From Actinomycetota bacterium (GTDB lineage: Bacteria; Actinomycetota; Actinomycetes; Nanopelagicales; Nanopelagicaceae): DNA of 64,000 nt. A program made the position numbers and the translations under genes. The notes under the pieces were generated by a model. That model ran no database searches, was not told where the DNA came from, and saw nothing but the letters and a program-made list of their open reading frames with translations. Of this stretch, positions 45,708 through 56,767 are shown piece by piece (the stretch's first letter is position 1; each line of letters opens with the position of its first letter). The DNA is taken from positions 3,352-67,351 of the forward strand of contig VGAI01000001.1 of NCBI GenBank assembly GCA_016870815.1, written 5' to 3'.

Positions 45708-46613
45708 CTAAGAGGTCACTAAGGCTACCAGCCGATCAACCACCTCAGCCACTTCGCTATTTATCAGCACTAAATCGAACTCATCCGAGGCTGCTAACTC
45801 CTGCTGGGCCAAAGATAAGCGCTCTGCAATTCGAGAGTCATCATCACTGCCTCGACCACGAATCCTGGCTTCGAGCTCTTCCCACGAGGGTGGCGAGATG
45901 AATACCAAGGTTGCCTCGGGATGGCGCTTACGAACCTGGCGCGCGCCTTGAATTTCAATCTCCAGGACAACATGCTTTCCAAGAAGTCTCATCTCGTGAA
46001 CATCTCGTTCAAGAGTGCCATAGAAATTTCCAGCAAACTCTGCCCACTCCATGAATTCATTATTTGCGATCCGAGATTCGAAATCCGCACGGGATACAAA
46101 ATGATAAGAGACGCCATCAACCTCCCCATTACGTGGCGACCTCGTTGTAACACTAACACTGACAAAGAAATCATCGAAGCGATTGAGCTCTTTAGTGATT
46201 GTGCTCTTGCCGACGCCACCCGGGCCTGATATCACGAAGAGTCTTCCGTATATCGATCCGCTCACGCCCCCAAGGTTACTCAGCAACTTTCTCGAGGGAT
46301 TCTTTTCGACCAGTTCCAATAGCTTTTGGCGTTGCCGGGTGCCGAGACCAGCAATGCGCCTTCGCGGCGATATTCCCACTCGCTCCATTAGTTCGGTAGC
46401 GCGGACTTCGCCCTTGAATGGAAGGGACTCCAACAACTCCATGACCAACATTCGGTCCTTGGCTCCACTCTCTAGAGAAAGAAGCGAGCGAAGATCGAGA
46501 TCTCCACTCTTGAGTCTCCGCTTTATCTCGGCGCGTTCCTGTCTAGCAGCCACCGCCTTGAGTCCGTTTTCTCGCCGAGTCTGAGAATCAATCTGCGGAG
46601 GCGGGTTCTTCAT
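45708..46613 (-). CDS. gmk: In-frame fusion of integration host factor MihF-like domain and guanylate kinase
   Basis: The N-terminal ~105 aa are MihF/sIHF-like (GLKAVAARQERAEIKRRLKSG...LPFKGEVRATELMERVGISPRRRIAGLGTRQRQKLLELV). No stop separates them from Gmk (LFVISGPGGVGKST...VSVTTRSPRNGEVDGVSYHF). I trimmed the track ORF (46715) to the ATG at 46613, which has the SD gaagg 7 nt upstream and lies 16 nt after the pyrF stop. Confidence 0.8.
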   Translation of the reverse strand: MKNPPPQIDSQTRRENGLKAVAARQERAEIKRRLKSGDLDLRSLLSLESGAKDRMLVMELLESLPFKGEVRATELMERVGISPRRRIAGLGTRQRQKLLELVEKNPSRKLLSNLGGVSGSIYGRLFVISGPGGVGKSTITKELNRFDDFFVSVSVTTRSPRNGEVDGVSYHFVSRADFESRIANNEFMEWAEFAGNFYGTLERDVHEMRLLGKHVVLEIEIQGARQVRKRHPEATLVFISPPSWEELEARIRGRGSDDDSRIAERLSLAQQELAASDEFDLVLINSEVAEVVDRLVALVTS

Positions 46614-46629
46614 TAATGCACCTTCATTA

Positions 46630-47313
46630 CTAACGGATCGAGGTGAGAATTTCCGCTGCCACTCTCCCTGGATCCTTCGCAGCCGAAATTGGTCTGCCGA
46701 TAACGAGGTAATCACTGCCTGATTCGATTGCCTCTTTCGGTGTCATCGTTCTAGCTTGATCGTCTTGTGACGACCCTGGAGGACGGATTCCTGGTGTAAT
46801 CGTTATTGCGGATGGAAACCGTCTCTTGATCTCCGTGACTTCCCGAGCCGAGGAGACGATTGCACGAGCCCCTGAAGCGAGAGCTAGATCGCTCAAACCA
46901 ATCACTCGCTCCGTTACCGTACCTTCGAATCCAACTCGCTTCATCTCCTTGTCATCGAGCGAGGTCAAAATGGTTACCGCTGCTATTTTCGTATTCGGTA
47001 AAGCATCTGCTGCCACCCTAACCATCGCCGCTCCCCCGCTGGCATGAACTGTGAGAAAAAAGGGATCCAAAGATGCGATCGAGCGTGCAGCCCCTGCCAC
47101 AGTATTTCCAATATCGTGAAGTTTGAGGTCAAGGAAGAGTTTGATACCGAATCGGTCAAGGAGTGATTGAAGGGTTGTGCTACCGAATTTCAGATAGAAC
47201 TCGAGTCCGAATTTGTAGATGGAAATTGATTCACGCGTTGCTTCGATCAGTGAATCGACGGAGCTCAAGTCAGTGGTGTCAACGGCAAGAATGATGGGTG
47301 AGTCTTTAGACAT
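46630..47313 (-). CDS. pyrF: Orotidine 5'-phosphate decarboxylase
   Basis: PIILAVDT...LFLDLKLHDIGNTV...ITPGIRP. I prefer the start at 47313 (8-nt overlap with the pyrD stop) over the track start at 47331. Confidence 0.88.
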   Translation of the reverse strand: MSKDSPIILAVDTTDLSSVDSLIEATRESISIYKFGLEFYLKFGSTTLQSLLDRFGIKLFLDLKLHDIGNTVAGAARSIASLDPFFLTVHASGGAAMVRVAADALPNTKIAAVTILTSLDDKEMKRVGFEGTVTERVIGLSDLALASGARAIVSSAREVTEIKRRFPSAITITPGIRPPGSSQDDQARTMTPKEAIESGSDYLVIGRPISAAKDPGRVAAEILTSIR

Positions 47314-48244
47314 GCGCCACTCCGATTGCATCTCTTATCCGTGAGAAACCGTGACCTTCAAGCAAGGAAGCTAGCTCTTCTTTGATTCGCACGGGAGCAA
47401 GTGGATCGCCAAAAGATGCCGTACCAACTGAAACAGCGGAAGCTCCTGCCGCAATGAGCTGCAAGGCATCGCCACCTGATGTGACGCCGCCCATTCCAAG
47501 TATTGGAATCTTTGGATATTTGGCGTGGACTTGATAGATGGCGCGTACCGCTACCGGCCTGATTGCAGGTCCAGAAAGTCCGCCAGTCTTACCACCCAGA
47601 ACTGGTTTCAATGTTTCTGAGTCGATGACCATACCGAGGAGGGTATTAATCAAGGCAAGGCCATCGGCACCGGCATTGATCACCTCACCCGCTATCAGAG
47701 AGATATCAGTGACATCTGGTGAAAGTTTGGCAATAATTGGGTATTCACCGCCGATATTGATCCTGACCGTTTCAATAACAGCACGCGCTGATGCTTGGTC
47801 ACATGCAAAAACCAGACCTCTATTCTCAACATTAGGGCAGGAGATATTTACCTCGATTGCTGAAATTCCCTTAACGCCGCGCAACCGTCTAGAGAGTGCA
47901 CCGTATTCATCAACACTCTCGCCCGCTATGGAAACTACTGCCCGCGCACCCGTATTGAGTAGCCACGGCAAATCTTCTTCCAGGAAAAGATCGATACCTG
48001 GCCCCTGAAGACCTATTGAATTCAACATTCCTGAGGGCGTTTCAGCCATACGAGGAGTCGCTCGACCAGATCTTGGACGGAGCATTATCGACTTAGTGAC
48101 CATGGCGCCAAGCTCAGTGAGTGGAAAGAACTGAGCAAGTTCTTTTCCTGAAGAAGCGCAACCGCTGGCGGTGAATATGGGATTCTCGAACTTTGCATAG
48201 GCAAGTTCTGTAGATAGATCTACATCGCTCATGGAGCTCCCCAC
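47306..48244 (-). CDS. pyrD: Dihydroorotate dehydrogenase, class 1B catalytic subunit
   Basis: FENPIFTASGC...MVTKSI...NSIGLQGPG. The active-site base is Cys in EVNISCPNV, which is a class 1 feature (class 2 enzymes have Ser). It is paired with pyrK immediately upstream. Confidence 0.9.
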   Translation of the reverse strand: MGSSMSDVDLSTELAYAKFENPIFTASGCASSGKELAQFFPLTELGAMVTKSIMLRPRSGRATPRMAETPSGMLNSIGLQGPGIDLFLEEDLPWLLNTGARAVVSIAGESVDEYGALSRRLRGVKGISAIEVNISCPNVENRGLVFACDQASARAVIETVRINIGGEYPIIAKLSPDVTDISLIAGEVINAGADGLALINTLLGMVIDSETLKPVLGGKTGGLSGPAIRPVAVRAIYQVHAKYPKIPILGMGGVTSGGDALQLIAAGASAVSVGTASFGDPLAPVRIKEELASLLEGHGFSRIRDAIGVAHV

Positions 48245-49104
48245 GTTCCTTCGGGAATTCCCTTAGACCAGAGGACGCGCTCGCTATCTATCACTGGCCC
48301 CTCGATACAGGTTCGCGTCATCTTGACGATTCCCTTTGAATCCTTGATTGGTAGGACACACGTCATGCAGATTCCAATGCCACATGCCATCGCCTCCTCT
48401 ACCGAGATTAAGTGCGAAATCTGATGTCGCTGGGCCACTTCATCAATTGCCTTCAGCATCGCCATAGGGCCACAGGAATAGATCAAGTCGATTCTCTGAC
48501 GGTCGATTAATTCATCAAGTACATCGGTGACTCGACCTTGGACTCCCGCACTTCCATCCTCAGTCGTCACCGTCACCGAATTGACCGTTCGCTTTCCATC
48601 AAGCGGTGCAAAGATCTTTGATGAAGTCGAGGCTCCGATCACCGCATCAACACGACACCCTCGCGTTTTGAGGTGGTCGGCCAAATCAAAAAGTGGCGCT
48701 GAACCATATCCACCACCGACAATCGCAACATTGACGGGCTCCGCTGGCAGTGGAAAGGATGTGCCTAGCGGACCCGTGATACGAAGCTGGCTTCCCTCGC
48801 TCTGCTTAACGAGCCATTCACTACCCTTGCCATGCGCTGCAACGATGATCTCGATCGTTGAAGCATGTATACCTTCCGCCTTCGCGCGATAGATCGCGAA
48901 GACACGGTGTAATGGCATCGATGAGAAATCGCCACCTACCGCAATAGCGATGAAGTTTCCAGGTTTTGCGTACCTGCCAATCTCCCCCGCCTCGAAGGCA
49001 ATGTGATGATATGCGCCGACTTTTCGATTGGAAAGTATTCTCGCTTGCGTAACCTCGGCTCGTGGATTGATTGGCACTAGTGACCAACCTTCATCGACAA
49101 CCAC
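48229..49104 (-). CDS. pyrK: Dihydroorotate dehydrogenase electron-transfer subunit (FAD, [2Fe-2S])
   Basis: FNR-like FAD/NAD domains and the C-terminal cluster motif [10 protein letters not shown]...C. The start is uncertain. The options are GTG at 49104 (28-nt overlap with carB) or GTG at 49077 (1-nt overlap, SD gaagg upstream). Confidence 0.85.
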   Translation of the reverse strand: MVVDEGWSLVPINPRAEVTQARILSNRKVGAYHHIAFEAGEIGRYAKPGNFIAIAVGGDFSSMPLHRVFAIYRAKAEGIHASTIEIIVAAHGKGSEWLVKQSEGSQLRITGPLGTSFPLPAEPVNVAIVGGGYGSAPLFDLADHLKTRGCRVDAVIGASTSSKIFAPLDGKRTVNSVTVTTEDGSAGVQGRVTDVLDELIDRQRIDLIYSCGPMAMLKAIDEVAQRHQISHLISVEEAMACGIGICMTCVLPIKDSKGIVKMTRTCIEGPVIDSERVLWSKGIPEGTWGAP

Positions 49105-52100
49105 TCCTGAATCGGCCTCGCGGTCATCTCTTCTTCACGAAGCGACTTGATCGCCTCGACTGCAGCACGAAATGCTGGAATCGTAGTTATGCATGGAAGG
49201 TTCTTGATGATCGAAGCGGTTCGAATCAGGCGACCATCTTGACGTTCATCTCTTCCGTAAGGAGTGTTTATGACGAGAGACACTGAGCCGTTTCGAATCA
49301 AATCAAGTGCATTGATCGATTCTCCGGTGAGATTCGAGCTCTCTGCAGATTGGAAGTGCTTTCGCACTAACACTGATGGAACTCCTATCTCCCGAAGGAA
49401 TCCATGAGTTCCAGCTGTGGCATATATCGAGAAGCCTAAAGAATGAAGCGCCCTGGCAGATTCCAAGGCAGTGCTCTTGTCCTTGTCGGCCAGAGATAGG
49501 AATACCGCTCCCGTTCTTGGAAGCGCACCGAAAGCACTAATCTGACTTTTAGCGAAGGCTGAACCAAAATCCTTAGCGATGCCCATAACTTCGCCAGTTG
49601 ATTTCATCTCTGGACCAAGGATGGTGTCAACACCTTCGCCACTCTTTCGACGGAATCGGTTCCACGGCAATACCGCCTCTTTTACTGAAATTCCTCGCGC
49701 AACTCCACAAGGTGGAAGAAAGCCCGATTCCATCATCTCGGTGATACTCATCCCAATGGCGATGCGCGCCGCTGCCTTTGCCAGGGGAACACCTGTTGCT
49801 TTACTGACAAATGGCACGGTTCGTGAAGCACGAGGATTTGCCTCGAGAACGTAGAGTTTCTCGTGATCACCAGCGCTACTTCCTGGTTGACGATGAATCG
49901 CGAACTGAATATTGATCAATCCACGAACACCAACAGCTGATGCGATCTTCCTCGTGGCCTCTTCGATCTCTCCTTGCATCCCTGCAGAGAGAGATTGCGG
50001 TGGGATGACGCACGCCGAGTCGCCACTGTGAACCCCAGCCTCCTCTATATGTTCCATGATTCCGCCCAGAAAAAGTCGCTCGCCATCGAACAGAGCATCA
50101 ACATCGACCTCTACCGCTAGATCTAAGAATTTATCAATCAACACTGGTCTATCTGGAGTTATCTCGGTCGCACGGGCAATAAACGATGTCAAGGCTTCAT
50201 CATCATAAACAATTTCCATGCCTCGCCCACCGAGGACGAAGGAGGGGCGAACCAAGACTGGATAACCCACCCGATGCGCAACTGCAATTGCTTCATCTGC
50301 AGTTGTCGCCATTCCAAACTCTGGCGCGCGCAACTCATTTCTTGTTAGAAGTTGGCCAAAAGCGCCACGCTCTTCGGCGAGTTCGATCGCAGCTGGTGAA
50401 GTCCCGATTATCTTCACACCCTCCGCCTCAAGAGCTTCGGCAAGTCCGAGCGGAGTCTGTCCGCCAAGTTGGACAATCACACCCTCAATGGGACCTGCAA
50501 GTGACTCGGCATGGATCACTTCAAGGACATCTTCAAGGGTCAATGGTTCAAAGTAGAGTCGATCCGAGGTGTCATAATCGGTTGAAACAGTCTCAGGATT
50601 GCAGTTAACCATCACCGTTTCGAAGCCTGCTTCACTGAGTGTGAAACATGCATGGACACAGGAATAGTCGAATTCGATACCTTGCCCGATTCGATTTGGA
50701 CCTGACCCTAAGATAATTACGGCCGGTTTTTCGCGAGGTGCAACCTCACTCTCGTCGTCGTAACTTGAATAGTGGTAGGGAGTGCGAGCCTCGAATTCCG
50801 CTGCACAGGTATCGACCGTCTTGTAAACAGGACGGAGTTCGAATCGATATCGAGTCTTTCTGATTTCCGCTTCGGTGGATCCGCGAATCTCGGCTATCTG
50901 GAGATCCGAAAAACCATGTCGCTTCAATCTCTTGAGCAAATCACCATCGATCTCGACACTCTCGCGACATTCCTTCGCAAGATGATTGAGGAGCTCTATC
51001 TGCGTCAGAAACCAGGGATCAAATCTTGTGATTCTCTGAATCTCTGCCATGGGAATTCCAGCAAAGAGCGCACGTTGAATTCCCACCAATTTTCTCTCGG
51101 TCGGCTGGCTAATGAGATCGATGAGTTCAGTTCGACTCTCCGTGACCTCACTCCAGAAGAAGGTGGAACCCTTCTTCTCTAACGATCTCATCGATTTCTG
51201 GAGCGCCTCAGTGAAATTCCTGCCAAATGCCATCGCCTCGCCCACCGACTTCATCGTCGTTGTAAGTCGCGAGTCGGCATCGGGAAACTTCTCGAAAGCG
51301 AATCGCGGAACCTTGACCACGATGTAATCCAGTGTCGGCTCGAAAGAAGCCGGGGTCGCCTCCGTTATGTCATTAGATATCTCGTCGAGGGAATAACCGA
51401 TGGCGAGCTTGGTAGCAATCTTTGCAATGGGAAATCCAGTTGCCTTGGACGCCAGAGCTGAAGACCGCGAGACTCGAGGATTCATCTCAATCACGATGAT
51501 GCGTCCCGAATCTGGATGCACCGCAAACTGAATATTGCACCCACCGGTTGCGACGCCTACTTCTCGGATGATGGATATCGACAGGTCTCGTAAGCGCTGG
51601 AGTTCAACATCAGTCAAGGTGAGTGCGGGAGCCACGGTAATGGAATCACCGGTATGCACACCCATGGGATCGATATTTTCGATGCTACAGACGATAACAA
51701 CGTTATCATTCTTATCACGCATCACTTCAAGTTCGAATTCTTTCCAGCCAATAATGGATTCTTCAAGAAGGACTTCACTGGTCGGCGAATGGCGAAGTCC
51801 AGCGCCAGCAATCAATTCCAGCTCAGCTGGGTCATGCGCGATACCGCTACCCAGACCTCCCATCGTGAATGAAGGTCGCACCACAACGGGAAAGTTCAAT
51901 TCCTTGGCAGCGATATGACACTGTTCCATGGCGTGACAGATGACCGATTTCGCCGACTCGCCACCAACTTTGGTCACTATCTCGCGAAAGAGCTCACGAT
52001 TCTCACCTCGGGCGATGGCATCGACATCGGCACCAATCAGCTTCACGCCATGCTTTGCAAGGACTCCCTCTTTATGCAAAGCCATAGCGGCATTGAGCGC

Positions 52101-52382
52101 AGTCTGACCACCGAGGGTGGCGAGGATGGCATCTGGCCTCTCCTTGATGATTATCTTCTCAATGAAATCCGTCGTGATGGGTTCGATGTAGGTTGCATCA
52201 GCAAACTCGGGATCGGTCATGATGGTCGCAGGATTGCTATTGATAAGGACTACTCGAATACCTTCGGCTCTAAGAACGCGACAAGCTTGAGTTCCAGAGT
52301 AATCGAATTCGCAAGCCTGCCCAATCACTATCGGACCACTTCCGATAACTAAAACAGAATTGATCTTCGGATCCTTAGCCAC
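49077..52382 (-). CDS. carB: Carbamoyl-phosphate synthase large subunit
   Basis: Duplicated ATP-grasp halves ([21 protein letters not shown] and [19 protein letters not shown]) plus an MGS-like C-terminus. I prefer the start GTG at 52382, which has an SD 8-13 nt upstream and an N-terminal length matching E. coli CarB. The track start is at 52391. Confidence 0.95.
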   Translation of the reverse strand: MAKDPKINSVLVIGSGPIVIGQACEFDYSGTQACRVLRAEGIRVVLINSNPATIMTDPEFADATYIEPITTDFIEKIIIKERPDAILATLGGQTALNAAMALHKEGVLAKHGVKLIGADVDAIARGENRELFREIVTKVGGESAKSVICHAMEQCHIAAKELNFPVVVRPSFTMGGLGSGIAHDPAELELIAGAGLRHSPTSEVLLEESIIGWKEFELEVMRDKNDNVVIVCSIENIDPMGVHTGDSITVAPALTLTDVELQRLRDLSISIIREVGVATGGCNIQFAVHPDSGRIIVIEMNPRVSRSSALASKATGFPIAKIATKLAIGYSLDEISNDITEATPASFEPTLDYIVVKVPRFAFEKFPDADSRLTTTMKSVGEAMAFGRNFTEALQKSMRSLEKKGSTFFWSEVTESRTELIDLISQPTERKLVGIQRALFAGIPMAEIQRITRFDPWFLTQIELLNHLAKECRESVEIDGDLLKRLKRHGFSDLQIAEIRGSTEAEIRKTRYRFELRPVYKTVDTCAAEFEARTPYHYSSYDDESEVAPREKPAVIILGSGPNRIGQGIEFDYSCVHACFTLSEAGFETVMVNCNPETVSTDYDTSDRLYFEPLTLEDVLEVIHAESLAGPIEGVIVQLGGQTPLGLAEALEAEGVKIIGTSPAAIELAEERGAFGQLLTRNELRAPEFGMATTADEAIAVAHRVGYPVLVRPSFVLGGRGMEIVYDDEALTSFIARATEITPDRPVLIDKFLDLAVEVDVDALFDGERLFLGGIMEHIEEAGVHSGDSACVIPPQSLSAGMQGEIEEATRKIASAVGVRGLINIQFAIHRQPGSSAGDHEKLYVLEANPRASRTVPFVSKATGVPLAKAAARIAIGMSITEMMESGFLPPCGVARGISVKEAVLPWNRFRRKSGEGVDTILGPEMKSTGEVMGIAKDFGSAFAKSQISAFGALPRTGAVFLSLADKDKSTALESARALHSLGFSIYATAGTHGFLREIGVPSVLVRKHFQSAESSNLTGESINALDLIRNGSVSLVINTPYGRDERQDGRLIRTASIIKNLPCITTIPAFRAAVEAIKSLREEEMTARPIQEWLSMKVGH

Positions 52383-53505
52383 GCTTAGCACCCCTCATCA
52401 ACTCAACAAAATCATCGAATAGGTAGTTGGCATCGTGGGGACCTGCGGCTGCCTCGGGATGGTACTGAACCGAGAAAGCGGGTCGTTCAATCAATCGAAT
52501 TCCCTCAATCACACCGTCATTGAGGCAGATATGAGTCACTTCTCCTGGACCATAAACGGTTGAGAAGTGTCCTTCTGTGGGCGCCTCCAATGCGAATCCA
52601 TGATTATGCGCGGTGATTTCGATTCTCCCTGAGCGCCTATTGAGCACCGGCTGATTGATCCCTCGATGACCGAATTTCAATTTATAGGTCTCAAAGCCAA
52701 GTGCTCGACCTAGGATCTGGTGCCCAAAACAGATTCCAAATACTGGGATCTCGCGATTGAGCATCTCTCGCACAAGCGCCACCGTCTCATTCATCGTCTC
52801 TGGATCTCCTGGTCCGTTCGAGAGGAAGAAGCCATCCGGTGAAATGGTCTCGATCTCTTTGAGCAGGTCTTCGTTCTTCCAGGAACTTGGCAATACATGA
52901 ACCTCTATCCCGCGCTCAGACATATTCCTGGGCGTGGCTGCTTTTACACCGAGATCCAATGCGACGACGGTAAAGAGTTTCTCCCCCTTGGCTGGGACCA
53001 CATATTTCGAAGGCGTAGTGACCTCATCTGCGAGCATCGAGCCACTCATCTTGGGGGACTGTCGGACAGCTATCACCATCTCTTCCCTGATTTTCGAGCC
53101 TGCCGAGAAGATGCCGGCGCGCATAGCGCCTCGATCGCGAAGATGGCGAGTGATTGCTCTGGTATCCAAAGATTTGATACCGACAATTCCCTGCCTTCTC
53201 ATCTCTTCTTCCAGTGACCCATCTGCACGCCAGTTGCTCACAACGGGTGAAGGATCACGCACCGCAAATCCCGATACCCAGAATCTCGAAGATTCTTGAT
53301 CTTCGTTGTTGATGCCGGTATTTCCGATATGAGGCGCAGTCATCACAACAACTTGTTTGTGATACGAAGGGTCGGTAAGAGTCTCTTGGTAACCAGTCAT
53401 TCCTGTGGCAAAGACGGCTTCACCGAATGTCTCGCCTCGCGCTCCCCATGCTTCACCTTTGAATATACGACCGTCATCAAGTACAAGGTATGCAACTTCA
53501 CTCAT
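52375..53505 (-). CDS. carA: Carbamoyl-phosphate synthase small (glutaminase) subunit
   Basis: GATase triad context ([15 protein letters not shown]...). I moved the start to the ATG at 53505, which forms an ATGA overlap with the pyrC stop. The track start is at 53535. Confidence 0.93.
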   Translation of the reverse strand: MSEVAYLVLDDGRIFKGEAWGARGETFGEAVFATGMTGYQETLTDPSYHKQVVVMTAPHIGNTGINNEDQESSRFWVSGFAVRDPSPVVSNWRADGSLEEEMRRQGIVGIKSLDTRAITRHLRDRGAMRAGIFSAGSKIREEMVIAVRQSPKMSGSMLADEVTTPSKYVVPAKGEKLFTVVALDLGVKAATPRNMSERGIEVHVLPSSWKNEDLLKEIETISPDGFFLSNGPGDPETMNETVALVREMLNREIPVFGICFGHQILGRALGFETYKLKFGHRGINQPVLNRRSGRIEITAHNHGFALEAPTEGHFSTVYGPGEVTHICLNDGVIEGIRLIERPAFSVQYHPEAAAGPHDANYLFDDFVELMRGAKRG

Positions 53506-54791
53506 CGCAGTATTGCTCCATCGCGCATCACCCATTCGCCCCGGAAGAGCACAGATTCGACTGCTCCCTCTACCTGCAGACCATGAAACGGCGTATTCGA
53601 GCTCTTTGATTCAACCCGATCTCGATCGATCACCCATTCCTTCTCAAGATCAATGACGTTCAATGAGGCGGGAGCCCCAACTGTGAGTCCACTCATTCGA
53701 TCTGAAAGCGAACCAATAACGGCGGGCTTTGTCGTCATAGCTGCCACGAGTGATTGAAGTGAGAGAGAACCACTCTTCACCAGCGCGCGATAGGCGATGG
53801 CAAAGGCACTTTCCAGTCCAATCATGCCGAAGGCTGCTGCCGGCCATTCACATTCCTTCGATTCAAGTGGATGCGGGGCATGGTCGGTTGCGATGATGTC
53901 GATGGTGCCATCAGCGACGCCATCCCTGAGTGCATGAACATCGCGCTCAGTGCGAAGTGGTGGATTAACTTTGTAAATTGGATCGAAGGTGCTGGCAAGT
54001 TCATCGGTAAGCAGAAGGTGGTGCGGTGTGACTTCTGCAGTGACGTGAATACCCCTCGCCTTTGCCCACCGAACAATCTCGACACTTCCTGCAGTACTGA
54101 GATGACAGATATGAAGCTTTGAACCAACGTGATCTGCAAGAAGTACGTCGCGAGCGATGATTGCCTCTTCGGCAACGGCGGGCCAACCCTTTAATCCAAG
54201 GCGCGACGAGATGATCCCTTCGTTCATCTGAGCATCTTTCGTCAGTTCCGGATCTTGGGCATGCTGAGCGATTACGCCATCAAAAATCTTCACATACTCA
54301 AGAGCTCTTCTCATCAAGAGCGGATCGGATACGCAATTTCCATCGTCGCTAAAGACGCGGACGCCTGCACGTGAGTGTGCCATGGCAAGAATCTCGGCAA
54401 GTTGCTTTCCTTCTTGTCCGCGAGTCACTGCTCCTATCGGAATGACATCGCATCTGCCCTCTTCTAGGCCGAGAGAGTGAACTTGTTCCACGACGCCGGC
54501 TGTGTCGGCAACTGGGTTGGTATTCGGCATGGCGTAGATCGCACCAAAACCACCGCGAACTGCCGCACGAGTCCCGCTGGCGACAGTTTCTGCATTTTCT
54601 TTCCCCGGCTCTCTTAGGTGAGTATGCAAATCAACAAAACTAGGAGTGACAAGCTTTCCTTTGAGGTCGATCTCTGTGACGTCGCTCTTTGCGTTCTCAC
54701 CAATAGAGGTGATGACTCCCGCTTCAACTGTGATCGAACTCTTTTCGCCGGTGGCAAGACGCGCATTCACCAATTTGAAGGTTCTGGTCAT
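53502..54791 (-). CDS. pyrC: Dihydroorotase
   Basis: Amidohydrolase metal motif ([12 protein letters not shown]), ...DDGNCV..., and ATDHAPH. Confidence 0.92.
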   Translation of the reverse strand: MTRTFKLVNARLATGEKSSITVEAGVITSIGENAKSDVTEIDLKGKLVTPSFVDLHTHLREPGKENAETVASGTRAAVRGGFGAIYAMPNTNPVADTAGVVEQVHSLGLEEGRCDVIPIGAVTRGQEGKQLAEILAMAHSRAGVRVFSDDGNCVSDPLLMRRALEYVKIFDGVIAQHAQDPELTKDAQMNEGIISSRLGLKGWPAVAEEAIIARDVLLADHVGSKLHICHLSTAGSVEIVRWAKARGIHVTAEVTPHHLLLTDELASTFDPIYKVNPPLRTERDVHALRDGVADGTIDIIATDHAPHPLESKECEWPAAAFGMIGLESAFAIAYRALVKSGSLSLQSLVAAMTTKPAVIGSLSDRMSGLTVGAPASLNVIDLEKEWVIDRDRVESKSSNTPFHGLQVEGAVESVLFRGEWVMRDGAILR

Positions 54792-55753
54792 CCCTTGACC
54801 TCTTCCGCGAGATTTGCCGGCGACCCAGAGAGAAGCAGGTAAAGCACAGCCATTCTGACGAAAACTCCATTAGTCACTTGATCCACGATCACCGAACGTA
54901 CGCTATCTGCGCTCTTTGCATCGATCTCAACGCCACGATTCATCGGGCCTGGGTGAAGCAGAATGGCTCCACTCTTCAACCGCGAGAGTCGATCACCATT
55001 GAGACCGTAATGTCTTGAGTACTCGCGCTCACTTGGAAAGAAAGCCTGCTCCATGCGCTCACGTTGAATACGAAGCGCCATAATCGCATCAAACTTCTCA
55101 ATCGAATCGTCAAGGTCATAAGAGATCGAACATGGCCAACTCTCGATCCCAACTGGAAGCAGAGTTGCAGGAGCGATGACAGTCACTTTCGCGCCAAGCA
55201 TCGAAAGCAGAAAAATATTGCTTCGCGCAACTCTCGAATGAAGAATATCCCCGACGATAGCAATCTCAAGGCCGTCGAGTGTTCCGCGATCTTTAGCCAG
55301 ATGGTGACGAATCGTAAATGCATCTAATAGCGCTTGAGTCGGGTGTTCGTGCGTGCCATCTCCGGCATTTATCACTGGCCCAGCAATCCATCCAGCATCA
55401 GCTAATCGTTGTGGCGCACCCGAGGCATGGTGTCGAATGATGACCGCATCGGCGCCCATCGCTTGCAATGTCAACGCTGTGTCTTTGAGACTCTCACCTT
55501 TGCTGACGCTCGAACCCTTTGCCACAAAGTTGATGACATCGGCAGAGAGTCGCTTTGCTGCTGTTTCGAAGGAGATTCGCGTTCTTGTGGAATCTTCAAA
55601 GAAGAGATTGACCACGGTTCTGCCCCGCAAGGTGGGAAGTTTCTTGATTTGACCATCAGAGATTCGTGCAAGTTCTGCAGCCGTATCCAGGAGTGCGGTT
55701 GCGCTTTCGCGGGAGAGGTCACCAATCGAAAGTAGATGTCTAGGAAATTTCAT
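54788..55753 (-). CDS. pyrB: Aspartate carbamoyltransferase catalytic subunit
   Basis: [21 protein letters not shown], and [12 protein letters not shown]. Confidence 0.93.
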   Translation of the reverse strand: MKFPRHLLSIGDLSRESATALLDTAAELARISDGQIKKLPTLRGRTVVNLFFEDSTRTRISFETAAKRLSADVINFVAKGSSVSKGESLKDTALTLQAMGADAVIIRHHASGAPQRLADAGWIAGPVINAGDGTHEHPTQALLDAFTIRHHLAKDRGTLDGLEIAIVGDILHSRVARSNIFLLSMLGAKVTVIAPATLLPVGIESWPCSISYDLDDSIEKFDAIMALRIQRERMEQAFFPSEREYSRHYGLNGDRLSRLKSGAILLHPGPMNRGVEIDAKSADSVRSVIVDQVTNGVFVRMAVLYLLLSGSPANLAEEVKG

Positions 55754-56277
55754 CCCTCTAGCACCACCCCATCCTCACTATCGATGGGTTCGAGCTGCAC
55801 CTTCACTTGTTCGCTCCGAGATGTCGGAAGGTTCTTACCGACAAAATCAGCACGAATCGGTAGCTCTCGATGACCACGATCGATGAGGACAGCCAACTGA
55901 ACTGTCGCTGGACGCCCTAACTCTCCAAGAGCATCAAGGGCCGCTCTAATGGTGCGTCCAGAGAAGAAGACATCATCTATCAAGACCACATCTCGTCCCT
56001 CTATCCCCCCGGTTGGAATCTCGGTGCGATGAAGTGGCCTTGGGGCTCTAAGTCGAAGATCGTCGCGATGAAGCGTTATGTCGAGTGATCCGAGTGCCAC
56101 CTCTTTACCTTCGATGGCGGCAATTTCAGCCTGAATTCGCTGGGCGAGGAGCACGCCACGAGTAGGAATACCTAAAAGAAGGAGTGAATCGGCACCTTTG
56201 TTACGTTCCAGAATTTCATGGGAAATACGACGGACGGCACGAGATATCTCCTCGCGCGCTAAAACGATACGCGTCAT
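55750..56277 (-). CDS. pyrR: Bifunctional pyrimidine operon regulator / uracil phosphoribosyltransferase PyrR
   Basis: 175 aa. PRT motif [18 protein letters not shown]. It is the first gene of the pyrR-pyrB-pyrC-carAB block. Confidence 0.9.
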   Translation of the reverse strand: MTRIVLAREEISRAVRRISHEILERNKGADSLLLLGIPTRGVLLAQRIQAEIAAIEGKEVALGSLDITLHRDDLRLRAPRPLHRTEIPTGGIEGRDVVLIDDVFFSGRTIRAALDALGELGRPATVQLAVLIDRGHRELPIRADFVGKNLPTSRSEQVKVQLEPIDSEDGVVLEG

Positions 56278-56283
56278 CTTCAG

Positions 56284-56318
56284 CTCCTTGGCCGCCTCAC
56301 GGGACGGTCGTTAAAGGG
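56284..56318 (-). promoter_or_regulatory. PyrR-binding RNA hairpin overlapping the pyrR Shine-Dalgarno (translational repression type)
   Basis: The mRNA sense strand reads CCCUUUAACGACCGUCCCGUGAGGCGGCCAAGGAG. CCUU pairs with the AAGG of the SD (AAGGAG, 56284-56289). The inner stem is CCGUC/GAGG(C)GG-like. The loop region GUCCCGUGAGGC resembles the PyrR recognition consensus (..UCCAGAGAGG..). Confidence 0.55.
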
Positions 56319-56365
56319 TTGCCGGATTCTAGCCCATAGGCAAGAAAGTTACGGAATCGGCGAAG

Positions 56366-56767
56366 TTAACGCGGCAGAGTGGGCGCTAGACCCGATATAC
56401 GGGCGAGTAGGCCGTTGATGAACTTGGAGGATTTATCGGTTGAAAGTAACTCGGCAAGAGCGACTGCCTCGCTAATGGCAACGGCATGATCGAGTGAACC
56501 CCAGAGCAATTCGAAAATTCCCACTCGAAGAATGTTTCGATCGACCGCTGGAAGGCGGTCCTTATCCCAATCTTCGGCGTAGGTATGTATCAGCGAGTCG
56601 ATCTGGTCACGATGTAGCTTCACACCTTCGATCAATGCTTGGGTGTACTCACGGTTCTCTCGGCCAAGCAGGGCTAAGTCATTGAGTGTCGCCTCTTTAC
56701 CGCGAAGATCGGCGGCAAAGAGAAGATCTACTGCCGCCTTGCGCGCCTTGGTGCGAGCACTCATCAC
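56366..56767 (-). CDS. nusB: Transcription antitermination factor NusB
   Basis: 133 aa. [20 protein letters not shown]...[18 protein letters not shown]... Confidence 0.9.
   Translation of the reverse strand: MMSARTKARKAAVDLLFAADLRGKEATLNDLALLGRENREYTQALIEGVKLHRDQIDSLIHTYAEDWDKDRLPAVDRNILRVGIFELLWGSLDHAVAISEAVALAELLSTDKSSKFINGLLARISGLAPTLPR

Noticed and set aside
46240-46270. Internal GTG (the VSGS codon) as an independent gmk start, which would make mihF and gmk separate products.
   Set aside because: No stop codon ends the MihF frame, and the G-run before the GTG is only about 1 nt away, which is poor SD spacing. I kept it as an alternative in the fusion finding rather than as a separate gene call.
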